Shown here piece by piece: positions 1 to 10,912 of a stretch of 64,000 nt of DNA. Every line of letters starts with the position of its first letter. The first letter of the stretch is position 1. The notes beneath the pieces were generated by a model that saw only the letters and a program-made list of their open reading frames with translations, did not search any database and was not told where the DNA came from. Position numbers and translations under genes: made by a program. Source of the DNA: Thecamonas trahens ATCC 50062 (Eukaryota; Protista; Apusomonadida); contig NW_013657679.1 in NCBI RefSeq assembly GCF_000142905.1, forward strand, positions 126,657 through 190,656. The letters are read 5' to 3'.

Positions 1-906
1 CCGCCGTCGTCGTCGTCTCACACGCCCGATGGGGACGAGGGTGACGTGGCGGCACCGGCACACCGGGTGGCCATGGTTGGGCTGGGCAATCCGGGGCGAT
101 CGTATGCGTACACGCGGCACAACGCGGGAGCGACAGTGCTGGCGGCGCTGGTGGCAAAGTACCTCGAGCCGGCGCATGGAGTCCGATCGGCGCCCGAGTG
201 CTGGCGCGGAGGAGTCGAGGCCGAGGCCAGCGCAGGCGGAAAGGCCAATCTGCTCTCTGCCACGGTCCAGTGCTACGAAGCGATGTTTGAGGCGCCGATG
301 AGCGGGTTGACTCGTGAGCCGTGGGATGCCATTGACGTGCTGTCGGTGCGAGCGGCGGCGGCGACACGCGAGCACGGAGTCAGCCACCCGACCGCCCATG
401 CTGCGCTCATCTTTCCGCACACCTACATGAACCGGTCGGGCATTGCAGTGGCGCAGTTTGCCGACGCATATGGGCTCGAGCTTGGCCCGGAGGGCTCGGA
501 CCTGCTTCTGGTCTGCTATGACGACCTCAATCTCCCGCTCGGTGCTCTCAAGCTCGTCTCCAAGCGGACCCGCAAGGGCGAGAAGAAGATTCCGCACAAT
601 GGCCTCCGCTCGGTCTGCTCCAAGCTCCCAGACGGCTCGCTCGTCGCCCGTCTCCGCATCGGCATCGGACGGCCGACTGACGGCACGCCCGTCACCGACT
701 TTGTCCTCTCCGAGTTTGACTCTTCAGAGCGCAAGGCGCTGCACGCTGTTGCCTCGTTTGCCACTCACGTCATCCGCGTCCTCCTTCACCGCGGCGTCGA
801 CCGCGCCGCCAACATCGCCAACAACTACACAGCCTCGGAGTTTGCCTCGGCCTACGCCCGTGCCATCTCGCAGCGCGCCGCCGAGTCGCTCCTCCCGCAG
901 GCATGA
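1..906 (+). CDS. PTH1: Peptidyl-tRNA hydrolase (bacterial-type Pth/PTRH1); frame is open back to position 1, so probably 5'-partial
   Basis: Motifs VGLGNPG, YTRHNAG, YMNRSG, CYDDL, HNGLRS and RLRIGIGRP retain the Pth catalytic residues. Confidence 0.9.
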   Translation, partial: PPSSSSHTPDGDEGDVAAPAHRVAMVGLGNPGRSYAYTRHNAGATVLAALVAKYLEPAHGVRSAPECWRGGVEAEASAGGKANLLSATVQCYEAMFEAPMSGLTREPWDAIDVLSVRAAAATREHGVSHPTAHAALIFPHTYMNRSGIAVAQFADAYGLELGPEGSDLLLVCYDDLNLPLGALKLVSKRTRKGEKKIPHNGLRSVCSKLPDGSLVARLRIGIGRPTDGTPVTDFVLSEFDSSERKALHAVASFATHVIRVLLHRGVDRAANIANNYTASEFASAYARAISQRAAESLLPQA

Positions 907-1289
907 CTTTTTGTTCCGGCCAGCATCAGACTCTGCCTGATGAGACTCGACGACGCGCGGGTGGGTTGCCAACGCTCGAGGGCGTTGCATATGCAAGAGT
1001 TGCTCTTGGCCGACGGATCCGGAACGGATTTGGAGTTGGTGGACAGTGTCGCCTCGCGAGTCGGCAGCGGCAAAACGGCTCGCGACCACACGATAGCGAG
1101 CAAAGCACAGCAGTGGGTAGGCACGTGACCGCAATCGGACGGGAAGGGGAGGGGGGGGGGGCGGAAAAAGGGCCGTCACGATCAAACGACGACATTGCTT
1201 GGCCTCGTCACGCCCTTCCACTTCCACCCACACCCACACGTATGTAACACGGCCACAGCCACGGCACACTTCTCCCCAACATTACTCCC

Positions 1290-2577
1290 ATGAAGGTCAC
1301 ACTCATGTACGTACTTTTGTGCACCGCTATGCTACCGCCCCGCCCTCCTTCCCCCTGTCCACCCTGCACTTACCTCCCTCGGCGACCGCAGCATGGTGAT
1401 TGTCGTGGCAGCGGCTGTGGTGGTCAACGCGACGGGCAACTTTGGGCATGCCCGCAACTTTGCTCTGTTCAAGGAGACGTACAAGCGGCAGTACGCAAGC
1501 AGCAAGGCTGAGGCAGCAGCGTTTGAGGTGTTTAAGACGAACGCGGAGAAGGCTGCCAAGCTGGAAGCTGCCAACAAGGCAGCGGGCGGCGATGCCAAGT
1601 TTGGCATGTCGCCGTTCATGGATCTGACGGAGAATGAGTTCAAGGCGCGGTACCTGATGCCCAAGGGTGCGGTTGAGGGCGGCGCTGCGGAGCTGCCTGT
1701 CCTTCGTGCCAGCAACGTGGGCGCACTGCCCAAGGCGTACGACTGGCGCGACCACAAGCCTGCGGTGATCACGCCTGTGAAGAACCAGGGCCAGTGCGGG
1801 TCGTGCTGGGCATTCTCTGCCGTCTCCGAGGTCGAGTCGATGTGGGCCCTGGCTGGACACGAGCTGGTGGTGCTCTCCGAGCAGCAGGTTGTTGACTGCG
1901 ACACTACGGACGACGGATGCAATGGTGGCGACACCATTTCGGCGTACCACTACATCGAGAAGGCCGGCGGGCTTGTGCCGGAGAAGGACTACCCGTACAC
2001 GGCGCGCGACGGCAAGTGCAAGGACTCGGTGGTGAAGAAGGACGCAGTGGCAAAGATTATGGGCTACAACTACGCGACCTCGCCGAGCACCAAGAACGAG
2101 ACGCAGCTGGCGGCCAACCTCATGTCGACCGGCCCGGTCTCGATCTGCGTCGACGCCTCGTCGTGGCAGACGTACACCTCGGGCATTCTCTCGCACTGCG
2201 GCAAGCAGCTGGACCACTGCGTTCAGATCACCGGGTGGGGCACGTCGGGCTCGGAGATGTACTGGTGGGTCCGCAACTCGTGGGCCACCTCGTGGGGCAT
2301 GAGCGGGTACATCCAGCTCAAGTTTGGCCAGAACACTTGCGGACTCGCCGACGAGGCCACCATTGTCACCATCAACACGCCCGGCACCCACACGTCGGGC
2401 ACGTCGTCGGGCAGCTCGTCGTCGGGCGGCTCGTCGTCGGGATCGACCGGCTACACCTCGTCGGGCTCGGGCTCGTCGTCGTCCGACGTTGGCTCGTACT
2501 CGGGCTACTCATCGTATGGCGCCGACCGCGTGGCCAAGCCGGACTACACCTCGTCGTCGTCGACCTCCAGCCTTTAA
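1290..2577 (+). CDS. Papain-family (C1A) cysteine protease with signal peptide, I29 prodomain and Ser/Gly-rich C-terminal tail; exons 1290-1306 and 1392-2577
   Basis: QGQCGSCWAFS, LDHCV and WVRNSW catalytic motifs. Intron 1307-1391 (GTACGT...CGCAG) joins in frame to give the signal peptide MKVTLIMVIVVAAAVVVNA. Confidence 0.93.
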
Positions 2578-3194
2578 CCCGTAACGGTACGGTCATTCGG
2601 ACGCGTTGTCGCGCGTCTCAAAGTGAACAACTCGATGATACTTGACTTCCAGGTCACCGGCCGACGCTGCGCGACGCCTGCTTGGCCTGCGGCTTGAGGT
2701 GGGAGGCGCGCCCGCACGTGATGGCGCCGACATGTAGACGCCTGCCTGAAGGATGCCCGAGTTGCCGTCGCAGTGACGACCCCGACGACCGGGAAGGAGA
2801 GCATGCCAGAGTTGAACACAGCGGCCAGACGGGAGAGCGCGAGAACGTCTTGCGACTGACGAGCTTGCCGGACGGCGTGGCCGCGCACAAGTGGTGGCAC
2901 GCCATTCTTGTACTGGATTCTGGACACCGCGCTCATCAACGCGTACGCGATCTACGCTGACGCGAGCCCACGCCCCGCCATGACTCGCGTGGCTTTTCTC
3001 TGCGACATCATCGACGCCCTCGCCGCCAGCGCCGACGCCGTCAGCTCCGCGCCGTCGCGCAAGCGGAAGCGCACCTCTGCAGCGGCTGCTCGTCAACACC
3101 ATTTTCCCCAACAAGTTCGTGTTGTTCGTGTTCGTGCTGTGTTGTTCACTTTGAGGCGCGCGACAACGCGCCCGAACGACAGTACCGTTAACGG
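2578..3194 (+). mobile_element. Non-autonomous piggyBac-family element (internally deleted), 617 bp
   Basis: 54-bp terminal inverted repeats at 2578-2631 and 3141-3194 (48/54 identical) beginning CC. Flanked by TTAA (2574-2577) and TTAG (3195-3198). Contains a transposase remnant. Confidence 0.88.
2889..3110 (+). pseudogene. piggyBac transposase C-terminal fragment, frameshifted near 2908
   Basis: KWWHAIL / YWILDTALINAYAIY...MTRVAFLCDIIDAL matches the piggyBac pattern KWW..F..LLD.A..NAY.LY...F...L. Confidence 0.8.
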
Positions 3195-3203
3195 TTAGTT
3201 AGT

Positions 3204-4463
3204 CTACATGGCGTTCTCCTTGTCGGCCGCCCGGCGCCCGACGTCGAGCGTCCTCCGCGCCGACGGCGGCGGCGACGTCGAGCGCTCGCGCGGAATGACC
3301 GAGAGGTCCAGCGCCGACAGCGTCGCCCGCGCATCGACCTCGGTGACCTTGGTCGCGTTGCGCGACGAGAGGCCCGAGGCCGCTGACCGGGCGAACGAGA
3401 GCGGCAGCGGCTCGTCAGTGAGCGAGTTGATGGCCGAGAGCGGTGAGCGGTAGTGCGCCGGTGCGCGGACGGCCGCTGCCCGTGCCGATCGCGTCGCCGG
3501 CGGCGTAGCCGGCTCACTCGCCACCAGGTCCAGGAGCGGCGTGGGAAGGCCCGACGAGCGCGGTGGCGCGTCCCAGTCAAGCTCGTCGAGCTCGTCGAGC
3601 GAGTCTCCGAGCATGAGTGAGCTTGCGGAGCTCCCCGACGAGCTTGCCGACGAGCCAGATGAGTTGGCCTCGGCCTCGGCTTCGCTCCCAAGGCCAAAGA
3701 TGGCGAGAAGCGAGTCGGCGGTAGAGATAGCGGCGCGGGCGTCGGCAGGCGCCGGCTTGCCGCCGGCCACCACGTGAGTCTCCAGCGAGAGCAGCGCAGT
3801 TCGGAGCGCATACAGCGCGGCTTCGATGGAGCCTGCGGGCTCGAGACTCGCGAGGTCGACCGGGACAGGCAGTCCGGCCTTGCTCAGGATCCGCTGCATG
3901 ATGCGGACGACGTTGCGGAGCGCGGCGCGGGTGCCCGGGCCAGCGCCAGTGCTTTCCGCCGCCGGCCGCGGAAGCGGCGGCGGCAGTGGCGGCGCCGCGC
4001 TCCGCGACGCTGCCATGCGCTTGCGCAAGCCGCGCGCGTCGGCCCGCGCCGCGTTGGCCTCGGCCTGGGCGCTCGCTGCTTCGATCGCCGCTGCCTCGGC
4101 CCGCGCCTCGGCTGCGCCCGCTCGGGCACTCGCCGCCTCGGCTTGTGCAGACAGAAACCGAATCTCGGCCAGCGCCATATCAAGCCTGGCCGAGGCCCGG
4201 AGCTCCAGAAGCGCCGCTTGCTTGCGGCTGTTCCCTACTGCTGTTGCTGTTGTCGACTGCGGCGCAGCTGATGCCAGTGCGCGGGCTGCGTTGGGCAGCG
4301 AGGCCAGAAACGCTGCTGGCGTGTCAGTCTCGTAGCTGTTGCTCGATGCCGTTGAAGAGTGCCCAGACTGAGAGGATGAGGTTGCCGGGCGGCGTCGTGG
4401 GCGCGACGGCGAGTCAAAGGTGGCGGCAATGTCGTCGGCGACGCCGGAGAGCCACGAGAGCAT
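3204..4463 (-). CDS. Hypothetical Ala/Ser-rich coiled-coil protein (ATG start MLSWLSG)
   Basis: Long ORF with an Ala/Glu-rich helical segment; no family recognised. Confidence 0.6.
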   Translation of the reverse strand: MLSWLSGVADDIAATFDSPSRPRRRPATSSSQSGHSSTASSNSYETDTPAAFLASLPNAARALASAAPQSTTATAVGNSRKQAALLELRASARLDMALAEIRFLSAQAEAASARAGAAEARAEAAAIEAASAQAEANAARADARGLRKRMAASRSAAPPLPPPLPRPAAESTGAGPGTRAALRNVVRIMQRILSKAGLPVPVDLASLEPAGSIEAALYALRTALLSLETHVVAGGKPAPADARAAISTADSLLAIFGLGSEAEAEANSSGSSASSSGSSASSLMLGDSLDELDELDWDAPPRSSGLPTPLLDLVASEPATPPATRSARAAAVRAPAHYRSPLSAINSLTDEPLPLSFARSAASGLSSRNATKVTEVDARATLSALDLSVIPRERSTSPPPSARRTLDVGRRAADKENAM

Positions 4464-4770
4464 GCTGGGCACTGCGCTTGATCTGTTGGTCAGGTCTCGC
4501 TCTGGTTGTGATACGCACACAGGCTCCACGGCTTGTGAGCGACCGGGGAGAAGGGAAGTATCCCGTTGTGCACGGTGAGTGGTGTTGGAACTTGTCGTCG
4601 CCTATCCGGACAAGCGGTCCCTGTAACTGTCGTCCAGATGCCTCGAGCCAGTTACCGCTCTACGCGCGCCTCTGTCGTACGACTGAAAAGTTTGAAAAAT
4701 TTGGCAAGCGAACGCATCGACCGCACCCACCCATCGCAATCAACCATGTCAACGAATGGTGTGACTGCCC

Positions 4771-4864
4771 ACGAACAAACGAGCAAACGAACAAACGAAC
4801 GAACGAACGAACCAACGAACGAACGAAACGAACGAACGAATAAACGAACGAACGAACGAACGAA
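4771..4864. repeat. (AACG)n imperfect microsatellite in a divergent intergenic region
   Basis: About 23 imperfect AACG units seen directly. Confidence 0.9.
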
Positions 4865-4944
4865 TCGAGGTCGACATGGAGCAAGGCAGGCGGAGCGAGT
4901 GGCAATTGCCAAAGTTACTAGCACCCAACTCACCACCACTCAAT

Positions 4945-5885
4945 ATGGTAAGTGCCGCAGCGTCATAGTACATGCAATTTTCCCCGCACTCTCCCCCCAG
5001 GCAGAGGGCAAGCGAGGGGGAGGGCGAACAACGACCTTGCCTACCCCGCTACTTGCGGCACGGTTGGGTTTCAAGTGTGGCGGTGAGCCCGGCTGCAAGG
5101 TCGCGGTCGCCTAGCACGTCGTCGCCTCCTTTTTTTCGTTGTTGAGCCGCCACGCGGCGACCCAGTGACTCGCCCCCGCGCAAGCTTGCCTTCCCTCACG
5201 GGCCGGCTAGAGCTCGGGGTGAGCGCTGCGAGCCCCACCTCCACCAGCGAGCATGCTCCCCCCAAGTAGCTACTTGGAGCAAGAGGCAGCGGTGGTGGTT
5301 GCCATGGCAGGCGGCTTTGCCCCCGCAGCTGGTACCATGCTTCCGACGACGTTGTGCGATTCTCGAGAATTTGGTCGTTTGGGCGATTCTGGCGAAAACT
5401 CACCACCAAATTTCTTTGCTCGTTTGCCATATGTCAAACGGACGGGACGGGGCGGGGCGACGTAGGCTACCGGTATCTCTGTTGACGACGCCTGCGTCGA
5501 GGCCTTCCAGGAGCTCAAGATCGGGCACAAGCACCGCTTCGTGATCTTCAAGATCAACGACGACCACACCGCCGTCGAGCCGCTCGTTAACGGCGACAAG
5601 GACGCCACGTGGGACGACTTCTGCGCCCAGCTCCCGGCCGACTCGTGCCGCTACGCCATCTTTGACTTTGAGTTTGAGACCAACGACGGTGGCAAGCGCA
5701 ACAAGATCACCTTTGTTGTGTGGACCCCTGACGTCTGCCGCGTGAAGGAGAAGATGCTCTACGCCGGCACCAAGGACGCCGTCAAGAAGAAGCTCGAGGG
5801 CATCCAGTGCGAGGTCCAGGCCACCGACAACTCGGAGATCGAGTACGACGTCGTCAAGGAGAAGGCTTCCCGCTTCGACAACTAA
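4945..5885 (+). CDS. COF1: Cofilin/actin-depolymerising factor; exon 1 is the ATG only (4945-4947), exon 2 is 5466-5885
   Basis: Reads M|ATGISVDDAC...CRYAIFDF...KMLYAGTKD. Donor ATG|GTAAGT and acceptor CGTAG are in frame. An intron right after the ATG is typical of ADF/cofilin genes. Confidence 0.92.
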
Positions 5886-6017
5886 TTTGCTTGTCGCAAG
5901 CCCTGCGTATTGCCGCACATCCGTCGGTCGGGACGTAAACTGTCTCCAGCCAACGAGCGAACTTGCCTCTTCTTCCCCCACCTCCCCCCCTTTCCAAACA
6001 GCTGCCGTTTACATACA

Positions 6018-7409
6018 CTATGCGTTGCTCCACGATCCGCTTGACTCGGACGACGACGACGGCGGAATGTCAGCGGTCGACGCCCAGCGCGGCCGGCCGA
6101 CAATGGCGCCGCCGCGCGCAAAGACCCGCCCGCCGTTGGCAATCGGCTCGACAGGGACTAGCGGCTCGAGGTGCGAGCCGACACGCGACGCCTCGCCGCG
6201 CGCCACTGGCGCCGACGGCGCTACCACCCGCGCGTACGCGTATGCGATACCGGCCAGCACCGCAATCGCCGCAACAATCACAAGCACAAGCAGCGGAATG
6301 CCGGCCTCGGGCTCAAGCCCGAGCACACGCTCGCTCCGCCCGCCAGAGACCTGCGCGTTGAGCCGGGTCATGAACGTGTAGCCGAGACCCTCGACGAGCG
6401 TCTCGTCGGTCGGATACACTACGTACGGCATCAACCGGCAGTCCTCACACACCATCTGCTCCGTCGCGTTGGCCACGTCCGGATACTCACCAAGTCCGAC
6501 GTGGAAGGTCGGCTCGCTGGACGCCGCATCGGCGAACAGGCTCTCCAGCGACGGCATGACCACCAGCCGCGCCTGACCCAGCTGCACAAGCGCGTACGAC
6601 TCGGCCGGCGAGCCAGCCACAACGCCCACCAGCACACCAGCCGCGTTGAGATCCTCGCTCGACACAAGGTCGAGGCTCGGCTCGCGCCCCGTCCGCAGGA
6701 CACCAAAGTGCGGCACAGCATACGCGCAGCTGAACAGCATCCTCTCCGCCACCTCGGGCGCCGCCGCAATTTGCGCCGCCACAACGTCCACCGCCGAGTC
6801 GGGCGCCGAGACCGCGGTCACCATGTCGCCAAACAGCTCGGTCTCCACCAGGATCTGCACAAACGAGACCACAATGTCCACACCGTAGTGTGCCGACATC
6901 TTGGCCGCCATAGCCTCCAGTACGTCACGGTCGTAGCCGACCACAGCGCCATCGTCGGTCATGCAGAGGTACGGGCAGTTGTTGAGCGGGCTCCCCACTA
7001 CCAGCGCTTTGGCCTCCAGCACCGCAGCCAGTGCCCCGCCCACCAACGGCTCGGCAGGATACCCCAGATCCACACTCGTCGAGTTGCCAATCACCACAAC
7101 CTCGTCCTCCCGCTCACATCCGGTGGGCAATGAGGTGTTGCCTAGCTCGGGCAGCCACGTCGCCCGACCGCTGCTCACACCGTCCTCTGCCATCACCTCG
7201 CCAAGCGCAGCATTCACAGCCTCAATCAGCTCGTCATTGCCCTATCCCCCCCCTGACCATGAGTCCCCTCCTCCCTTCCCCGCATGAACTGCTGCTACCC
7301 TTCCCTCCTTCCTCGGACCACCTACCAGCTGTGCGTAGCCAGCATACACCGGCCCTGCGGCCAAGACAGCCAAAAGTACAAGGGCCACCACCAGCACACG
7401 GAGTGCCAT
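6018..7409 (-). CDS. Type I membrane protein with a bacterial-type family-3 solute-binding (PBP type 2) domain; exons 7409-7326 and 7241-6018
   Basis: Signal peptide MALRVLVVALVLLAVLA. Domain motifs LVVGS..CPY..DDGAVVGYDRDV, FSCAY and SSEDL...VGVVAGS. Transmembrane segment LLVLVIVAAIAVLAGIAYAY. In-frame GTAGGT...GATAG intron. Confidence 0.75.
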
Positions 7410-7801
7410 GCGTATGTATATGTTTGGTGGTCCGGTGTGGGTGGTGGTGAGGTGGTGCAACCGACGCAGTGGCTGGCTGGCTGGGTCGGGGGGGAGGGGG
7501 GGGGGGAGGGGGGCGGCTTTGTGGCTGTGGTTGGTGTGCCCGTCTCAGGTGACTGCAGTGGTTGGAGCAACCGGTGGTGTAGTTGGACTGCTCAAAGTGA
7601 CATGTCATGCCACTTGCCATGGATCGCTCATTCATCCATCCCTGCGCCACGCCTGCCCCGGCTCTCTTTTTCCCCGCAGTTGTCCCGCGTCCCCCCTCCC
7701 CCCCCCCTCCTCCCCTCCCCCCCCTCCTCTCACGATACTGCTCTCTCACACTCACTCTCTTACCCCCGTTGCCGACCAAGAGTTTGTGAAGAAGAAACCG
7801 T

Positions 7802-10609
7802 ATGCCAGGTATGCCAGGTACTGCTAACCTCGCTCTACCCCTCCTCCTCCTCCTGCTGGTCGTGTGTCTGGCTACGCACGTGGACGGACGTCAGGCTGAT
7901 GGTGACAACCGATTTGGTGGATCTGCCCCTGGCCTCTCATGCTCGCTGCCTTCTACTGAACGTATCGACTGCGCTCCGTTTGTGGAGAACGTTGATGGTG
8001 ACAGCTGCGCTGCTCGTGGCTGCTGCTGGTCACCATCGACCTCGGCCAGGCAACAAGGACTGAGCGACATGACGCCGTGGTGCTACTATCCGGCCAATGC
8101 TGGCTATGCTGTGGCCAATGTGAGCCACGGCGCCGACGGCTCGCTCGTCGCCGATCTTGTCCGTGGCCCGGTCCCCTCACCGTGGGGCAGTGACATCAAG
8201 AACCTGCGCCTTGAGGTTGTGCCCATGTCCGACGCCATTGTGCGGGTCCGCATCTCGGATCCGGCAGAGGCCCGCTGGGAGGTACCCGACGTGGTCCACG
8301 CCCTCCCGCCATCACCGCCGGCGCCTGCAGTCTACGGCATCGAGCTGGGCTCCAGCGGCGCCCCGATGTCGCTGCGGATCTTCCGCACCGCCACCAACGT
8401 CACTCTCCTCGACACCTCGCTGCCGGGAATGGTCTTTACCGACACTTTTCTCTCGCTGGCAAGCCGGATGCCAGCCGGGTACCGGCTCTACGGCCTTGGC
8501 GAGCACGTTGACGCGCTCCTGCTGGACACCAACTTTGTGACGTACACCGAGTTTGCCCGCGATCGCGGCACACCGGTCGGGACGGAGAACCTTTACGGCG
8601 CACACCCGATGTACGTCTCGTTGGAAACGACCGGGACCGGCCACGCCCACGGTATGTTCCTCCTCTCGTCCAACGGCATTGACGTCAAGCTCTCGCCAAA
8701 CTCGCTCGAGTGGCGGACGATCGGCGGCGTCCTCGACCTGTACCTCATGGTCGGACAGAGTCCCGATCACGTCGTCTCGCTCTACACCGACCTTGTCGGC
8801 AAGCCGTACATGCCGCCGATGTGGGCGCTTGGCTTCCACCTCTGCCGATGGGGCTATGACTCGCTCAACAGGACCCGCGAGGTCAACATGGCCATGCGCG
8901 CCGCTGGCCTCCCGCAGGACGTCCAGTGGAACGACATCGACTACATGGACCGCTGGCTCGACTTTACCACCGACCCGGTCGCCTATCCGGCTGCGGACAT
9001 GGCCGCCTTTATCGACGAGCTCCATGCTGTCGGCCAGCGCTATGTTCCCATCATCGACCCGGGCATCTCGTACACCCAGCCGGCCGGCAGCTACCCGCCG
9101 TATGACGACGGTGTCGCCGACGATGTTTTTATCAAGGCAAGCCCACAGGCAGACCACACCTACGCCCAGGGCAAGGTCTGGCCAGGCAAGACCGTCTTCC
9201 CCGACTTTTCCGCGCCGCAGACCACGGCGTACTGGACCAACATGCTCGCCACCTTCCACGATCTTGTCCCCTATGACGGCGTATGGATCGACATGAACGA
9301 GCCGGCCAACATCCCCGAGCAGCCTGCAGCAGGCTGCCCCGGCGAGCCGACTTCGCCATATGCGCTCGGCGGGCAGAGCTCACTCACAACCAAGACCATA
9401 TGCCTCGGCTCGCGCACCGCGCTTGGCCCCATGTGGAACACCCACTCGCTATATGGTCTCTCCGAGATGGTCGCCTCCCGCACCGCGCTTGACAAGATCA
9501 TCGGCAAGCGCTCGCTCATCCTCTCGCGCTCGACATTTGCCTCATCCGGCGCCATCGGCGCCCACTGGCTCGGCGACAACAAGTCGACCTGGTCGGATTT
9601 GCTCTACTCAATCTCGGGCATCCTCCAGATGAACATGTTTGGCATCCCACTTGTCGGCGCAGACGTGTGCGGCTTTATCGGAACAACCACGCCCGAGCTC
9701 TGCACTCGCTGGATGCAGCTCGGCGCGTTCTACCCCTTTTACCGCAACCACAACATCGAGAAGACCCCGTCGCAGGCACCGTACGTCTTTGGCGAGCCTT
9801 ACACCAGCTACATCAGGGACGCCATGGTCACTCGCTACACCCTCATGCCCTACCTCTACACTGCTTTTTACACCTCGGCCGTCACCGGTATCGGTGTTGC
9901 CCGTCCGCTTGCCTTTGCCTTCCCCACTCTTGCCACCGCGCCGGGCCCGGCCGGCGCTGCTCTCGCTGCCGTCGATCTGCAGTACGTTCTCGGCGATGCC
10001 CTCGTTATCACCCCGGTCGTCACCGAGGGCGCCCAGTCGGTGACCGGAACCTTTCCGTCAAGCGCCCGCTTCTTTGCCCTCGACTCCGGCAAGGAGCTGA
10101 TGGCCTCGGGCCAGGTCACCCTCTCAGCCCCGCTCTCGCACATCCCGGTCCACGTCATTGGTGGCAACGTGGTGCCGATGCAGGCACCGGCGAACAACAC
10201 CGCCACCCAGACCGGTAACCCGTACGCACTCCTCGTCGCCCTCTCTGACGCAGGTACCGCCTCGGGCTCGCTCTTTGTCGACGATGGCGAGACCATCGGA
10301 ACCATCGACTCATCTGCTTTCTTCCTGGCTCGGCTCACCGCCTCCTGGGACGAATCCTCAAGCTCGGGCCATCTTGCCTTCTCCCGTATCGTTACCGGCT
10401 ACGCGCCTGCCGCCTCGTACATCGTCGACGGCCTGCGATTCTACGGCGTTCCCTCCTGCGCCGGCACCGTCTCGGTCTCAGTCAACGGATCGACGATGCC
10501 GAGCGGAAGCTACGATCCATCGGCCCACGTCCTTACGCTTCCGCTATCTGGCGTTGCCTTTGGTGAGGGCCAGGGCCAGTGGGTGGCTTCGATCCAGTGC
10601 TCGTCGTAG
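7802..10609 (+). CDS. GAA: Lysosomal-type acid alpha-glucosidase (GH31) with signal peptide and trefoil domain
   Basis: Trefoil RIDC...CAARGCCW...PWCYYP, nucleophile motif WIDMNEP, HWLGDN and GADVCGF. Confidence 0.95.
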   Translation: MPGMPGTANLALPLLLLLLVVCLATHVDGRQADGDNRFGGSAPGLSCSLPSTERIDCAPFVENVDGDSCAARGCCWSPSTSARQQGLSDMTPWCYYPANAGYAVANVSHGADGSLVADLVRGPVPSPWGSDIKNLRLEVVPMSDAIVRVRISDPAEARWEVPDVVHALPPSPPAPAVYGIELGSSGAPMSLRIFRTATNVTLLDTSLPGMVFTDTFLSLASRMPAGYRLYGLGEHVDALLLDTNFVTYTEFARDRGTPVGTENLYGAHPMYVSLETTGTGHAHGMFLLSSNGIDVKLSPNSLEWRTIGGVLDLYLMVGQSPDHVVSLYTDLVGKPYMPPMWALGFHLCRWGYDSLNRTREVNMAMRAAGLPQDVQWNDIDYMDRWLDFTTDPVAYPAADMAAFIDELHAVGQRYVPIIDPGISYTQPAGSYPPYDDGVADDVFIKASPQADHTYAQGKVWPGKTVFPDFSAPQTTAYWTNMLATFHDLVPYDGVWIDMNEPANIPEQPAAGCPGEPTSPYALGGQSSLTTKTICLGSRTALGPMWNTHSLYGLSEMVASRTALDKIIGKRSLILSRSTFASSGAIGAHWLGDNKSTWSDLLYSISGILQMNMFGIPLVGADVCGFIGTTTPELCTRWMQLGAFYPFYRNHNIEKTPSQAPYVFGEPYTSYIRDAMVTRYTLMPYLYTAFYTSAVTGIGVARPLAFAFPTLATAPGPAGAALAAVDLQYVLGDALVITPVVTEGAQSVTGTFPSSARFFALDSGKELMASGQVTLSAPLSHIPVHVIGGNVVPMQAPANNTATQTGNPYALLVALSDAGTASGSLFVDDGETIGTIDSSAFFLARLTASWDESSSSGHLAFSRIVTGYAPAASYIVDGLRFYGVPSCAGTVSVSVNGSTMPSGSYDPSAHVLTLPLSGVAFGEGQGQWVASIQCSS

Positions 10610-10912
10610 TGCCCTGGACCGCGTCCAGGCCCCCTTGGTCTCGGCCACGACTCCTCAGACCTGTGATAAAGACTCTTGATCTCAAGCTGGCTGAACTCCG
10701 TCTCGATTGTGTCCGAGCGCAGCAAGCCAGTCCATCACACCGCCATTGCTGCACTTGGGGCGTGTGTCATGCATGTCCTGCACGGCATGTTTTGGCCAAC
10801 CGAACAGCGGCAGCCAAACTGACCACAAACTCTGCGCTTCCGCTGTGCCGCACTCCACTCTGTTTCGCCAACAGGCGGTCGAGACCTGGGAGGCAGTCTT
10901 CACACCACAGTC

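Noticed and set aside
6018-7409. Bacterial contamination suggested by bacterial-like domains (solute-binding protein, Pth, DLP, DUF4139)
   Set aside because: The genes are interspersed among clearly eukaryotic genes with similar composition, and two of them contain spliceosomal introns
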